From assembly GCA_963746845.1 (NCBI GenBank), contig CAVVCZ010000002.1, forward strand, positions 1 through 64,000: a stretch of DNA of 64,000 nucleotides. The letters are read 5' to 3'. The position numbers were made by a program, and so were the translations under genes. Source of the DNA: an uncultured Chloroflexia bacterium (GTDB lineage Bacteria; Chloroflexota; Limnocylindria; Limnocylindrales; CSP1-4). The notes under the pieces were generated by a model that was not told the origin of the DNA, made no database searches, and saw only the letters and a list, made by a program, of their open reading frames with translations. Positions 1-8,722 of this stretch are shown one piece after another (the first letter of the stretch is position 1; every line of letters starts with the position of its first letter).

Positions 1-2
1 CG

Positions 3-1349
3 GACGCGGTACCAGAGCGACGAGCGGCCGCGCATCCCATCGGTGAGGATGTCGGCAGGCTCGAGATGCGCGGCAGCCTCCGGGTGACGAGCCTTCCACC
101 GGTCGAGTCCCTCCAGTGCCTCCGCCTTCGTTGCGGCGCGGCTGATCTCGATGACGGGGATCGTCGTCTTCCGACGACCGGTCGGCGTCGGTCGCGAGCC
201 GCCGGGCGTGCCGCGCGGCGGCCCCCCGGGCCACTCGGTCGGCAGCCCGGCGTTCGGGTCGCCCGCGGCCACGGCTGCCGCCCGTTCCGCCGCGACCTCC
301 GGTGGCGGGCCGCCCTCGATCCCGCGGCCCTCCTCGTACTCGCTCTTCGGACGGCGCGCCCGCGACGGCTGGACCCGTGGCGGCTCACCGGCCTGCTTGG
401 CGTAGTTGGGCGGCCACGGCGCGTCGCCCTGACCCTCGGTCTCGTGACGCCGGCTCAGCTCGAGCAGCGCCTCCAGCGAGCCCCGCGCCTCGTCGATCCC
501 GGCGCCGGCGTCCCCGCGGGCCGCGACGATCGCGGGCACGGTCGCGAGGGTGAAGTCCTCGGCGACGACGTCACCGACCTCCGCCCAGCGGAGCGGCATC
601 GACACGCGGGCGTCCGGCAGGGGCCGGACCGAGTACGCGGACGCGACGGTCCGGTCCTTGGCGTTCTGGTTGTAGTCGAGGAAGACGCCGTGACGCTCCT
701 CCTTCCACCATTTGCTCGTGGCGAGCGCCGGCGCCCGCGCCTCGACGTCCCGGGCCAGCGCGAGGGCCGCGCGACGGACCTCCGCGTACGTCCAGCGCGG
801 CTCGATCCGGACGTTGATGTGGATCCCACGCGAGCCCGACGTCTTCGGCCAGCCGACGAGGCCCACCGCGTCGAGCGCCTCCCGGCAGACGAGCGCGACC
901 TCGCGGATCTGGGACCAGTCGATCCCGGGCACCGGGTCGAGATCCACGCGCAGCTCGTCGGGATGGTCGAGGTCCTCGGCGCGGACCGGGTGGGGGTTCA
1001 GGTCGATGCAGCCGAGGTTGACGACCCACGCGAGGCCGGCCGGCTCGTCGAGGACGATCTCGTCCGCGGTCCGGCCCGACGGGAAGGTCAGCTCCGCGGT
1101 CCGGATCCAGTCCGGCGTGTTGTCCGGCGCCCGCTTCTGGAAGAACGGCTCGCCGGCGGCACCGTCGACGAACCGCTTCAGCGCCATCGGCCGGCCGCCG
1201 GCGCCGCGCAGGGCGCCGTCCGCGACCGACAGGTAGTACGAGACCAGGTCCATCTTCGTGTAGCCGGTCTCAGGGAAGTAGACCTTGTCCGGGTTCGAGA
1301 TCGAGACCTCCCGGCCGCCGATCTCGAGCACCTCCTTGCGGGTGGCCAT
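3..1349 (-). CDS. Stand-alone LigD-type primase-polymerase (AEP; Prim-PolC/PolD-like), 3' end runs off the window
   Basis: Manual translation from ATG 1349: MATRKEVLEIGGREVSISNPDKVYFP...TKMDLVSYY...KRFVDG...FFQKRAP...DELRVDLDP...KTSGSRGIH...VFLDYNQNAKDRTVASAYSVRP. Absent from the ORF track because there is no stop in the window. Confidence 0.93.
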   Translation of the reverse strand, partial: MATRKEVLEIGGREVSISNPDKVYFPETGYTKMDLVSYYLSVADGALRGAGGRPMALKRFVDGAAGEPFFQKRAPDNTPDWIRTAELTFPSGRTADEIVLDEPAGLAWVVNLGCIDLNPHPVRAEDLDHPDELRVDLDPVPGIDWSQIREVALVCREALDAVGLVGWPKTSGSRGIHINVRIEPRWTYAEVRRAALALARDVEARAPALATSKWWKEERHGVFLDYNQNAKDRTVASAYSVRPLPDARVSMPLRWAEVGDVVAEDFTLATVPAIVAARGDAGAGIDEARGSLEALLELSRRHETEGQGDAPWPPNYAKQAGEPPRVQPSRARRPKSEYEEGRGIEGGPPPEVAAERAAAVAAGDPNAGLPTEWPGGPPRGTPGGSRPTPTGRRKTTIPVIEISRAATKAEALEGLDRWKARHPEAAAHLEPADILTDGMRGRSSLWYRV

Positions 1350-1422
1350 GGTGCGATCCTAGCGGCGGATCGCAAGGAGGTGGGCGATGGGGGACCTCCA
1401 CTCGAAACCATTTCCTGACTGT

Positions 1423-1632
1423 TGCGCGCCGGGTGCTCACACAGCCGGGTTTCGCCGTGGCACCCGTGCGTGGGCGCCGGCCAGATGTGCGTCAGGGCGA
1501 GCAGATGCCATGGGCCCCGCTGGCAACTGCGCACCGGGTGAGCATCTGTCGTGCACGTCGTGCACGGCCGCGCTCGGAGTAGCCGGAACGTCGCATCGAC
1601 TGGTCGGAGTGCTCACGGGCTGCACATCTGTC
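1423..1632. repeat. Cluster of ~25-bp imperfect palindromic (REP/BIME-like) units
   Basis: 1526-1550 and 1608-1632 match at 19/25; 1423-1440 is a third partial copy; cagatgtgc (1482-1490) is the exact reverse complement of 1622-1630. Confidence 0.5.
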
Positions 1633-1676
1633 ATGGAGCGGACCGGGCGCCAGCCGGATTCCCCCAAAGCGCCTGC

Positions 1677-2261
1677 CTACGGAGCGCGAGTGAACGGCAC
1701 CGCTTCGAAGACCACGCCTCGGACGAACCGCTCGACGTTGCTCGACGCCGGGGACTTCGCCGTCAGGCGGATCGACCCGCCCTCCCGAGCGACCTCGTAG
1801 ACCTGGACGCCGCAGCAGTCGGTGTCGACGACGAACCGATGATCGTCGACGGGCACATATGTCCAGTGCTCGACCGGCTCGGCCTTGCCGTCGATTGTCG
1901 TGATCAGGTCAAACGAATTCTTGACCCGGGCGTCGAGCGTCGTCTGGTAGGTCGTTGCCCCGCGGATTTCGAGGACGTCGTCGAGGATCGCCGCCCGTTC
2001 GCTCTCGGTGAGTGAGGTGTCCTTCTGCAATCGTCCGACGATGTTGCTGACCTGCTGGACCGTCCCTGCGTACCGACCATCCGGGATGATGGCCGTGACC
2101 GGTGCCGGGCTGGCCGACGCCACAACGGGCGGAGTGCTCGGGCCGGACGAGCGACTCGTCGCGCTGGGCGAGGTGCCGCCGCAGGCCGCGGCGACCAGTC
2201 CGATCACTGCCGCCACGGTCGCGAGCCGGCGTGGGCTCGACCGCGTGAATGTCGATTCCAT
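1677..2261 (-). CDS. Putative lipoprotein of unknown function
   Basis: ATG 2261 preceded by GGAGGAA; basic N-terminus, hydrophobic stretch, lipobox-like LVAAA-C, then Ser/Pro linker. Confidence 0.75.
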   Translation of the reverse strand: MESTFTRSSPRRLATVAAVIGLVAAACGGTSPSATSRSSGPSTPPVVASASPAPVTAIIPDGRYAGTVQQVSNIVGRLQKDTSLTESERAAILDDVLEIRGATTYQTTLDARVKNSFDLITTIDGKAEPVEHWTYVPVDDHRFVVDTDCCGVQVYEVAREGGSIRLTAKSPASSNVERFVRGVVFEAVPFTRAP

Positions 2262-2305
2262 GGCTTCCTCCACGTTCAGGACCGCGGTCGATCCGCGACT
2301 GGTCA

Positions 2306-2376
2306 TCCAGATGCCGTCCGATCCCGCGGGGTTTGCAGCACGAAACCCAACCGAGCGGTGTGGGCAGGCATCTGGA
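2306..2376. promoter_or_regulatory. Two divergent ECF-type promoters, each AAC-N15-GGCATCTGGA
   Basis: Plus strand: aac-cgagcggtgtgggca-ggcatctgga (2349-2376). Minus strand: aac-cccgcgggatcggac-ggcatctgga (2333-2306). Same 10-mer and same spacing. Confidence 0.7.
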
Positions 2377-2428
2377 CGTCCGACACGCCCGACGAGGGGC
2401 GTAGGATCGATCGACTCGAGGGACGTTC

Positions 2429-3028
2429 GTGACCTCTGTCGCGGCAGAACGGGACCAACCGGCGACCGGCGACGCCGCCCTCATCCGGCGGGCGGGTCGC
2501 GGCGACGTGGCGGCCTTCGACCTGCTGCTCGCGCCGCGGCTCGACCGCTGCTATCGGCTGGCGTGGGCGATCCTCGAGAACGACGCCGATGCCGCGGACG
2601 CGACCCAGGACGCATTCATCGCCGCCTGGCGTCAGCTCCCTCGGCTGCGCGACAGCGGCGCCTTCGATGGCTGGCTGAACCGGATCGTGGCGAACGCGGC
2701 TCGAATGGCCCGGCGCCACCGGATCCGGCTGCGCGAAGTCCAGGTGAAACCGACCGCCCACGACGTCGACGAGCTGGAAGCCGCCGCGCCGCCGCCGCCC
2801 GACAATGCGGGACCCGCGGCATTCGAAGGGGCTGCGCAGCGAGACGCGATCCTTCGGGCGTTCGATCGGCTCCGCCCGGATGAGCGTTCGATCCTCGCCC
2901 TCCATCACCTGGACGAGCGTCCGGTCAGCGAGATCGCCCGGACCCTGGGCATCCCGACCGGGACGGCGAAATGGCGTCTGCACGCGGCGCGCCGGTCTCT
3001 CGAGCGAGCGCTGGAGGCCGAGTCATGA
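2429..3028 (+). CDS. ECF RNA polymerase sigma factor
   Basis: Region 2 (DAADATQDAFIAAW...FDGWLNRIVAN) and region 4 (EIARTLGIPTGTAKWRLHAAR); GAGGGA RBS. Confidence 0.95.
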   Translation: MTSVAAERDQPATGDAALIRRAGRGDVAAFDLLLAPRLDRCYRLAWAILENDADAADATQDAFIAAWRQLPRLRDSGAFDGWLNRIVANAARMARRHRIRLREVQVKPTAHDVDELEAAAPPPPDNAGPAAFEGAAQRDAILRAFDRLRPDERSILALHHLDERPVSEIARTLGIPTGTAKWRLHAARRSLERALEAES

Positions 3029-4623
3029 ACCGGTCGATCGTGTCGGACGCCGCGCTCCGCGATGCGCTTCGTGCCGCCCCGCCCATCGTCGCGCCGGTGG
3101 ACCTGCGCGACCGCATCCTCGATGCCGCCGCGGCGACGCGGCAGCATCGCCCGCTCCCGTGGCCGCTGGCACTGCTCGGTGGCACCGATCCGATGGCGCG
3201 GCGTCGGAGCCTCCTGCTCGCCGCGGCACTGCTCCTGCTCGCCCTGGTCCTGGCCGTGGCGGCCGCGGTCGGATCCCGGACCGACCTGCGGCCTGATCCC
3301 TTCGCGGTCGATCCCGCGGCGGATCCGGCCGGCTACCTCCACGAGGCCTACCTCGTCGTCGGCCGGTTGCCGGCGTTCGAGATGGTGGCCGTCAATGGGG
3401 ACGGGCGACACCGAATCCTGTCGGATGGCCACGGCACGATACGCGACGAACGACCGGACGCGGGGGTCACGCTCATCGCCTCGGCGGAGCGGTCCGTTCA
3501 GCTGTCCCTGGCCGAGGACGGGACGCGCTCGATGATCGAGCTCTCCCGGCCACAGCGGGTGGCCGGATTCGAGGTCCCCGGCCTGATCGTCCAGGGCCGC
3601 TGCGAGGAAGGCGTCGTCTACCTCGGTCCGGAGGTGCTCCTCGATCGGCCGGTCCACCACCTCCGCTGCGGCGCCCGCCACTACTGGGTCGATGCGGCGA
3701 CCGGGCTTCCGCTGCGGGCCGGCTTCTCGCCGGAATCGCCCCTTCCGAGCGCGGGTGCCGGCGTGCCGAGCGGTCCCAGCGCCGCCCCGCTCGGGATCGA
3801 GTGGGAGGTGATCGAGCTTCGTCTCGGGGCGCAGCCGCCCGACCTGTTCAGGTTCGACGCGGCGCCGGGTGTCACGGTCGTCCGAGCCGACGATCCAGCC
3901 TGCCGGACGCTGCCGAACGCGTCATGCGAGGACCCCGCACCCAGCGACTGGTCGCCGCCGCCGTTCCGGACGCCGCCGCCGGCGGCCACGCAATCCTCCA
4001 GTCCGACCGACATGCCGGCGCTCCTCGCGGCAATCACGGCACGCTACACGGACGCTCCCGCGCTCGCGATGGTTGTCCGCAGCTCCGCCCACGCTGCGGG
4101 CGATGCGAACGTCACGGGCGTGACGCACGATAGCCTGACCTGGGCGGACGGCACAGGTCGCTTCCGGACCGAGCTCGACGATGGGTTTCGAACGATCTAC
4201 ATCACGACCGGCGGCCACATCTGGATCCGGTACCGGTTCAACGGTCCGGAGACCTGGGCGGACAACCGGGGGCCGTTCGCGGATCACGGCGGCGGCATCG
4301 ACATGCTCGGATGGCACGCGGACTGCGCGGCGGGTTGGCAGGCGGTCGGCGTCGATCTCGTGCTGGGGCGGACGACCATCCATCTTGCCTGCGGAAACGA
4401 GAGCTTCTGGATCGACGAGGCGACCCACCTGGTCCTCCGGAGCGAGACGGGACCCGAGGACTCGCTGCACTTCATGACCTGGATCAACGAGGTCGTCGAG
4501 CTCCGGTTCGGGCCGCAGCCCGCGGACCTGTTCCAGCTGCCGGCGGGCGCGATGATCGACCCGCGCCCCCCGAAGGCGGGCGCCGCCACGCCGCCGGTCG
4601 AGGTTCCGTCGTCCTCCCCGTGA
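3025..4623 (+). CDS. Putative anti-sigma factor: N-terminal cytoplasmic segment, one TM, two tandem LolA/RseB-like extracellular domains
   Basis: ATGA overlap with sigma stop; TM LLLAAALLLLALVLAVAAAV; internal repeat LLDRPVHHLRC..YWVDAATGLPLR..EVIELRLGAQPPDLF vs VLGRTTIHLAC..FWIDEATHLVLR..EVVELRFGPQPADLF. Fold assignment is inference. Confidence 0.7.
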   Translation: MNRSIVSDAALRDALRAAPPIVAPVDLRDRILDAAAATRQHRPLPWPLALLGGTDPMARRRSLLLAAALLLLALVLAVAAAVGSRTDLRPDPFAVDPAADPAGYLHEAYLVVGRLPAFEMVAVNGDGRHRILSDGHGTIRDERPDAGVTLIASAERSVQLSLAEDGTRSMIELSRPQRVAGFEVPGLIVQGRCEEGVVYLGPEVLLDRPVHHLRCGARHYWVDAATGLPLRAGFSPESPLPSAGAGVPSGPSAAPLGIEWEVIELRLGAQPPDLFRFDAAPGVTVVRADDPACRTLPNASCEDPAPSDWSPPPFRTPPPAATQSSSPTDMPALLAAITARYTDAPALAMVVRSSAHAAGDANVTGVTHDSLTWADGTGRFRTELDDGFRTIYITTGGHIWIRYRFNGPETWADNRGPFADHGGGIDMLGWHADCAAGWQAVGVDLVLGRTTIHLACGNESFWIDEATHLVLRSETGPEDSLHFMTWINEVVELRFGPQPADLFQLPAGAMIDPRPPKAGAATPPVEVPSSSP

Positions 4624-4742
4624 CCTCATCGCCGGTTCGGCCGGGCTGATCCGGCGGGGCCGTCCCGTCGAAGGCTCGGTGGGCATGACAGCGACCGTGG
4701 AACGGCCGATGATGGTGCCCCGCGCGAGGGACGCCGCCACCG

Positions 4743-5924
4743 ATGCTCAACCAGCCCGAGCCCGCCTGTCTCGTCATCGCCGACATCTCCGGCTACACCG
4801 GCTTCCTCGCCGGCGCCGAGCTCGACCACGCCCAGGACATCCTCGCCGACCTGATGGCGACGGTCGTCGGCGCGATCCGGCCGACGTTCAAACTCGCCAA
4901 GCTCGAGGGCGACGCCGCGTTCGCCTATGCGATCACCGAGACCGTCGACTCGGCCCAGCTCCAGGACACGATCGAGCGCTGCTACTTCACCTTCCAGCGC
5001 CGGCTCCGTGACGTCCGCCAGGCCTCGACGTGCGAGTGCAACGCCTGCATCCTCGTCCCGAACCTCGACCTCAAGGTCGTCGCGCATCACGGCCAGGTCG
5101 TCCGCCAGCGGTTCGGATCGTGGGAGGAGCTCGTCGGGAGCGACGTGATCGTCGTCCATCGCCTCCTGAAGAACCATGTCGAGGAGTCGACGGGCTTCGC
5201 GGCCTACGCGATGTACAGCGAGGGCTGCGTGGCCGCGATGGGCATCGAGGATCCGGCTGCCGCCGGCCTCGTCGAGCACGTCGAGGCCTTCGAGGGCGTC
5301 GGGGATGTCCGGGCGTGGGTCCGGGATCTGCGCGCGGCCTGGGCCGACGAGATGCGGCGCGCCCGCCTGATCGTCGAGCCGAAGGACGCGGTCCGGGTCT
5401 ACCAGCAGGTCTATGACGCGCCCGCCTCGCTCGTCTGGGACTACGTGACCTCGCCCATTCGGCGGCCCCAGTGGCAGCACGCGGTCGAAGGAGTCGAGAT
5501 GGTCGCGGGGACGGCCGGCAGACGCGGCGTCGGGACCGTCAACCACTGCATCCACGGCAAGGACGCGGTCGTCGAGGAGGTTCTCGACTGGGAGCCGTTC
5601 GACCACGTGACCTATCGCTCGCTCCTGCCGATTCCGAATGTCCCGAAGCTCGTCAACGGCTACGTGTTCGAGGACCTCGGCGATGGACGGACCAGGGTCG
5701 AGATCCGGCTGCTCCGCCCGCGCTCGGCGAAGGACCGGGCGATCGCGGAGTCGCTGCTTCCGGGGTTCGACGGGATGTTCGCGGAGGGCCTGGCCGCACT
5801 GAAGCCGCTTGTCGAGGCCGATGCGGCGTCGGCTCGTGAGGCGGACGAGGCGAACCCCCCGGAACCGGCCCTGCCGTCGGCGCAGGCGCGGTATCTCCGC
5901 GAGCCGATCGTCCAGGCCGGCTAG
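4743..5924 (+). CDS. DUF2652 (class III nucleotidyl-cyclase-like) domain fused to SRPBCC/START domain
   Basis: IADISGYTGF, KLEGDA, CECNAC, GSDVIVVHRLLKN; C-terminal APASLVWDYVT...RPQW...GVGTVNHCIHG. Confidence 0.85.
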   Translation: MLNQPEPACLVIADISGYTGFLAGAELDHAQDILADLMATVVGAIRPTFKLAKLEGDAAFAYAITETVDSAQLQDTIERCYFTFQRRLRDVRQASTCECNACILVPNLDLKVVAHHGQVVRQRFGSWEELVGSDVIVVHRLLKNHVEESTGFAAYAMYSEGCVAAMGIEDPAAAGLVEHVEAFEGVGDVRAWVRDLRAAWADEMRRARLIVEPKDAVRVYQQVYDAPASLVWDYVTSPIRRPQWQHAVEGVEMVAGTAGRRGVGTVNHCIHGKDAVVEEVLDWEPFDHVTYRSLLPIPNVPKLVNGYVFEDLGDGRTRVEIRLLRPRSAKDRAIAESLLPGFDGMFAEGLAALKPLVEADAASAREADEANPPEPALPSAQARYLREPIVQAG

Positions 5925-5928
5925 ATCG

Positions 5929-5955
5929 TGTCGATCCGACCCGTCGTCGTTCGTC
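5929..5955 (+). promoter_or_regulatory. ECF42-type promoter TGTCGA-N17-CGTC
   Basis: tgtcga tccgacccgtcgtcgtt cgtc directly upstream of the DGPF gene; matches the described ECF42 -35/-10 motif. Confidence 0.75.
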
Positions 5956-6007
5956 GTTCCGTCAGGGGCGGGACCGAGCGAGCTCGCCCAGCCAGTGGAG
6001 GCGCCAC

Positions 6008-6394
6008 GTGCGGTACTTGCTGTTGATCTACACCCCCGAGACAGACGAGGTGCCCTCCGTCGAAGCGGCGGAGGCCGAACATGCGGCCTATGGCGCGTTC
6101 ACGGCCGACATCAAGGCCCGTGGCATGTTCCAGGCGGGCGAGGCTCTCACCCCGACGTCGACCGCGACGACCGTCCGCGTCGTCGATGGCGAGACGGTCG
6201 TGACCGACGGGCCGTTCGCAGAGACGAAGGAGGCGCTCGGCGGGTTCTATCTCATCGAGGCGCCTGACCTCGATGAGGCGATCGCGACCGCAGGCCGGCT
6301 GCCGGCCGCGAAGCGCGGCTCGATTGAGGTCCGACCCATCTGGGAGCTACCACCGGAGTACCGGATGGCCGAGGAAGCGGCCGCCGCCCGCTGA
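6008..6394 (+). CDS. YciI/DGPF-domain protein
   Basis: [20 protein letters not shown]...IEVRP. Confidence 0.95.
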   Translation: MRYLLLIYTPETDEVPSVEAAEAEHAAYGAFTADIKARGMFQAGEALTPTSTATTVRVVDGETVVTDGPFAETKEALGGFYLIEAPDLDEAIATAGRLPAAKRGSIEVRPIWELPPEYRMAEEAAAAR

Positions 6395-6435
6395 TCCGAC
6401 AGTCCAGCGCTGCGGCTTCCGGTCGAGTTTCGCCC

Positions 6436-7722
6436 TTGGGGAGCCGGTCCGCCGATCCTGCCCACGCCGTCGTCGACCGCCTGTTCCGTGAGGAGCAGGG
6501 TCGTGCCGTCGCGACGCTGATCCGGGTCCTCGGCGACTTCGACCTCGCCGAAGAGGCCGTCCAGGACGCCTTCATCACGGCGCTCGAGACGTGGCCGGAG
6601 CGCGGTGTGCCGGACAACCCCGGTGCCTGGATCACGACGACCGCCCGGAACCGGGCGATCGACCGGCTGCGGCGCCGCAAGGTGCTTGCCGAGAAGGAGG
6701 AGCTGCTCCGCCGTGAAGCCGCGATCGAGGAGGAGCTGGCGGCGATCGATCCCGATGCGGCCCTGGACGGAGCCGCCGGGATGAGCCCGATCGTCGACGA
6801 CCGGCTGCGGCTGATCTTCACCTGCTGCCATCCGGCGCTGCCGATGGACGGGCGGGTGGCCCTGACGCTCCGCACGCTCGGCGGTCTGTCGACGCCCGAG
6901 ATCGCCCGGGCCTTCCTCGTCCCGGAGCCGACGATGGCCCAGCGGCTCGTCCGCGCGAAGAAGAAGATCCGCGACGCGGGGATCCCGTACCGCGTCCCGG
7001 ACGACGCGGCGCTGCCGGACCGGCTCGAGGGGGTCCTGCGCGTCCTCTACCTGGTGTTCAACGAGGGCTATCGCGCGACCGCCGGCGATCGATTGATCCG
7101 GCGCGAGCTGTGCGCCGAGGCGATTCGTCTGACCGGCGTCCTCGCGGCGTTGATGCCGGACGAGCCCGAGGTCCTCGGCCTGCTCGCGCTGATGCTGTTC
7201 CACGATGCCCGGCGCGAGACCCGAGTGGGGCCGGGCGGCGAGCTCGTCCTCCTCGACGACCAGGACCGATCGGGCTGGGACCGGGGCCGGATCGCCGAGG
7301 GCCGGACGACGCTGGACCGGGCGATGCGGATGCGACGGGTCGGCCAGTACCAGCTCCAGGCCGCGATCGCGGCGATCCACGACGACGCGGCCTCGACCGA
7401 CGAGACGGACTGGACGGAGATCGCGGGCCTGTACGCGATCCTCGGTCGCGTCGCGCCGTCACCGGTCGTCGAGCTGAACCGTGCGGTCGCGGTGGCGATG
7501 GCCCGCGGACCCGAGTCCGGTCTCGCGATCGCCGACTCGCTCGCCGCGGACGGACAGCTCGACGACTACCCGTATCTCCATTCGACACGTGCCGACCTGC
7601 TCCGCCGCCTCGGCCGGCGTTCCGAGGCGGCCGAGGCCTATCGCCGCGCTCTCGAGCTCACCGAGAACGAGCCGGAGCGGGCGTTCCTCGAGCGACGGCT
7701 GCGGGAGGTCGCCACGAGCTGA
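6436..7722 (+). CDS. ECF42-group sigma factor with C-terminal TPR-like extension
   Basis: [65 protein letters not shown]; adjacent to DGPF gene. Confidence 0.95.
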   Translation: MGSRSADPAHAVVDRLFREEQGRAVATLIRVLGDFDLAEEAVQDAFITALETWPERGVPDNPGAWITTTARNRAIDRLRRRKVLAEKEELLRREAAIEEELAAIDPDAALDGAAGMSPIVDDRLRLIFTCCHPALPMDGRVALTLRTLGGLSTPEIARAFLVPEPTMAQRLVRAKKKIRDAGIPYRVPDDAALPDRLEGVLRVLYLVFNEGYRATAGDRLIRRELCAEAIRLTGVLAALMPDEPEVLGLLALMLFHDARRETRVGPGGELVLLDDQDRSGWDRGRIAEGRTTLDRAMRMRRVGQYQLQAAIAAIHDDAASTDETDWTEIAGLYAILGRVAPSPVVELNRAVAVAMARGPESGLAIADSLAADGQLDDYPYLHSTRADLLRRLGRRSEAAEAYRRALELTENEPERAFLERRLREVATS

Positions 7723-7733
7723 CGAGAATCGAA

Positions 7734-7762
7734 GCGCCGCGGCCGGAAGTCGGCCGCGGCGC
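7734..7762. terminator. Hairpin between convergent genes, likely bidirectional terminator
   Basis: gcgccgcggccg-gaagt-cggccgcggcgc, perfect 12-bp stem; no clear U-tract. Confidence 0.65.
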
Positions 7763-7783
7763 AGGAGCTGCGAGGGTCGGCGA

Positions 7784-8722
7784 TCAGCCGGCGCAGATCG
7801 CATACGCCTGGATCGTCCAGGTGTCGTTGCCCTTCAGGCCGGAGGCCGCACCCGACACGGTCCACGTATCGGTTGCGCTGGGCCACGAGGCCGTCAGCTG
7901 GACGTTCTGCGGATTGGCAGTCGTGGTGACAACGCCTCCACCGCCGACCAGCGTCTTGCCGGCACCGCAACTGACCGAGGCGTCGGCCGAATCGGTGGCC
8001 TTCGGGTATGTGGCGATGGACGAATGGACGATCGTCGTCCCGCCGAGACCCGGTCCCGGAGGACCCTGAACGCCGGGATCGCCCTTGTCACCCTTCGCGC
8101 CCGGCGCGCCATTGGCGCCCGGCGCGCCATTGGCGCCCGGCGTGCCCGGATCGCCCTTGTCGCCCTTGGCACCGGGAGCGCCATCGGCACCCGGAGCGCC
8201 CGGATCACCCTGGTCGCCCTTGTCGCCCTTGGCACCGGGAGCGCCATCGGCACCCGGCGCACCCGGAGCGCCCGGATCACCCTGGTCGCCCTTGTCACCC
8301 TTGGCACCCGGAGCCCCATCGGCACCCGGCGCACCCGGAGCGCCATTGGCACCTGGAGCGCCCGGATCGCCCTTGTCGCCCTTCGCACCCGGAGCGCCAT
8401 CGGCTCCCGGAGTGCCGGCGGCTCCGGGCAAACCCTGGAGGCCCTGGAGGCCCTGGAGGCCCTGGAGACCGGGCAGGCCACGGGAACCGGCCTTCGCCCA
8501 GCCGACAAGCGTTTCCGTCGTCCGGCAGGCTCGATGACCGTTCTTCGGCGTGACCATCCGGACGATCTTGGTCGTCTTGTTCACGCAGGCGTAGAGCCGC
8601 GTGCTGTTGGAGTAGGTGTTCGCCGCGTCGGCGGCGCCGGTCGACCCGACGAGGAGCATCCCGGCGAGGACGACGGGCACGATCCGTCGGGCGCGGGGGG
8701 AGACGGCGGGGGATGAAGACAT
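7784..8722 (-). CDS. Secreted collagen-like protein
   Basis: Signal peptide (RARRIVPVVLAGMLLVGSTGAADA), Cys-pair N-domain, 48 uninterrupted Gly-X-Y triplets, C-terminal SCGAGKTLVGGG...YAIC domain. Start 8722 preferred over 8755. Confidence 0.9.
   Translation of the reverse strand: MSSSPAVSPRARRIVPVVLAGMLLVGSTGAADAANTYSNSTRLYACVNKTTKIVRMVTPKNGHRACRTTETLVGWAKAGSRGLPGLQGLQGLQGLQGLPGAAGTPGADGAPGAKGDKGDPGAPGANGAPGAPGADGAPGAKGDKGDQGDPGAPGAPGADGAPGAKGDKGDQGDPGAPGADGAPGAKGDKGDPGTPGANGAPGANGAPGAKGDKGDPGVQGPPGPGLGGTTIVHSSIATYPKATDSADASVSCGAGKTLVGGGGVVTTTANPQNVQLTASWPSATDTWTVSGAASGLKGNDTWTIQAYAICAG
8057..8488 (-). repeat. Coding tandem repeats (GAPGADGAPGAKGDKGD[Q/P] blocks; GLQ x4)
   Basis: Near-identical 9-bp-periodic DNA blocks visible directly. 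Confidence 0.95.

Noticed and set aside
66-1418. 450-aa plus-strand ORF
   Set aside because: Antisense shadow of the primase-polymerase; no recognisable motifs.
1423-1632. Possible CRISPR mini-array
   Set aside because: Units are degenerate, mixed in orientation and irregularly spaced; no cas genes.
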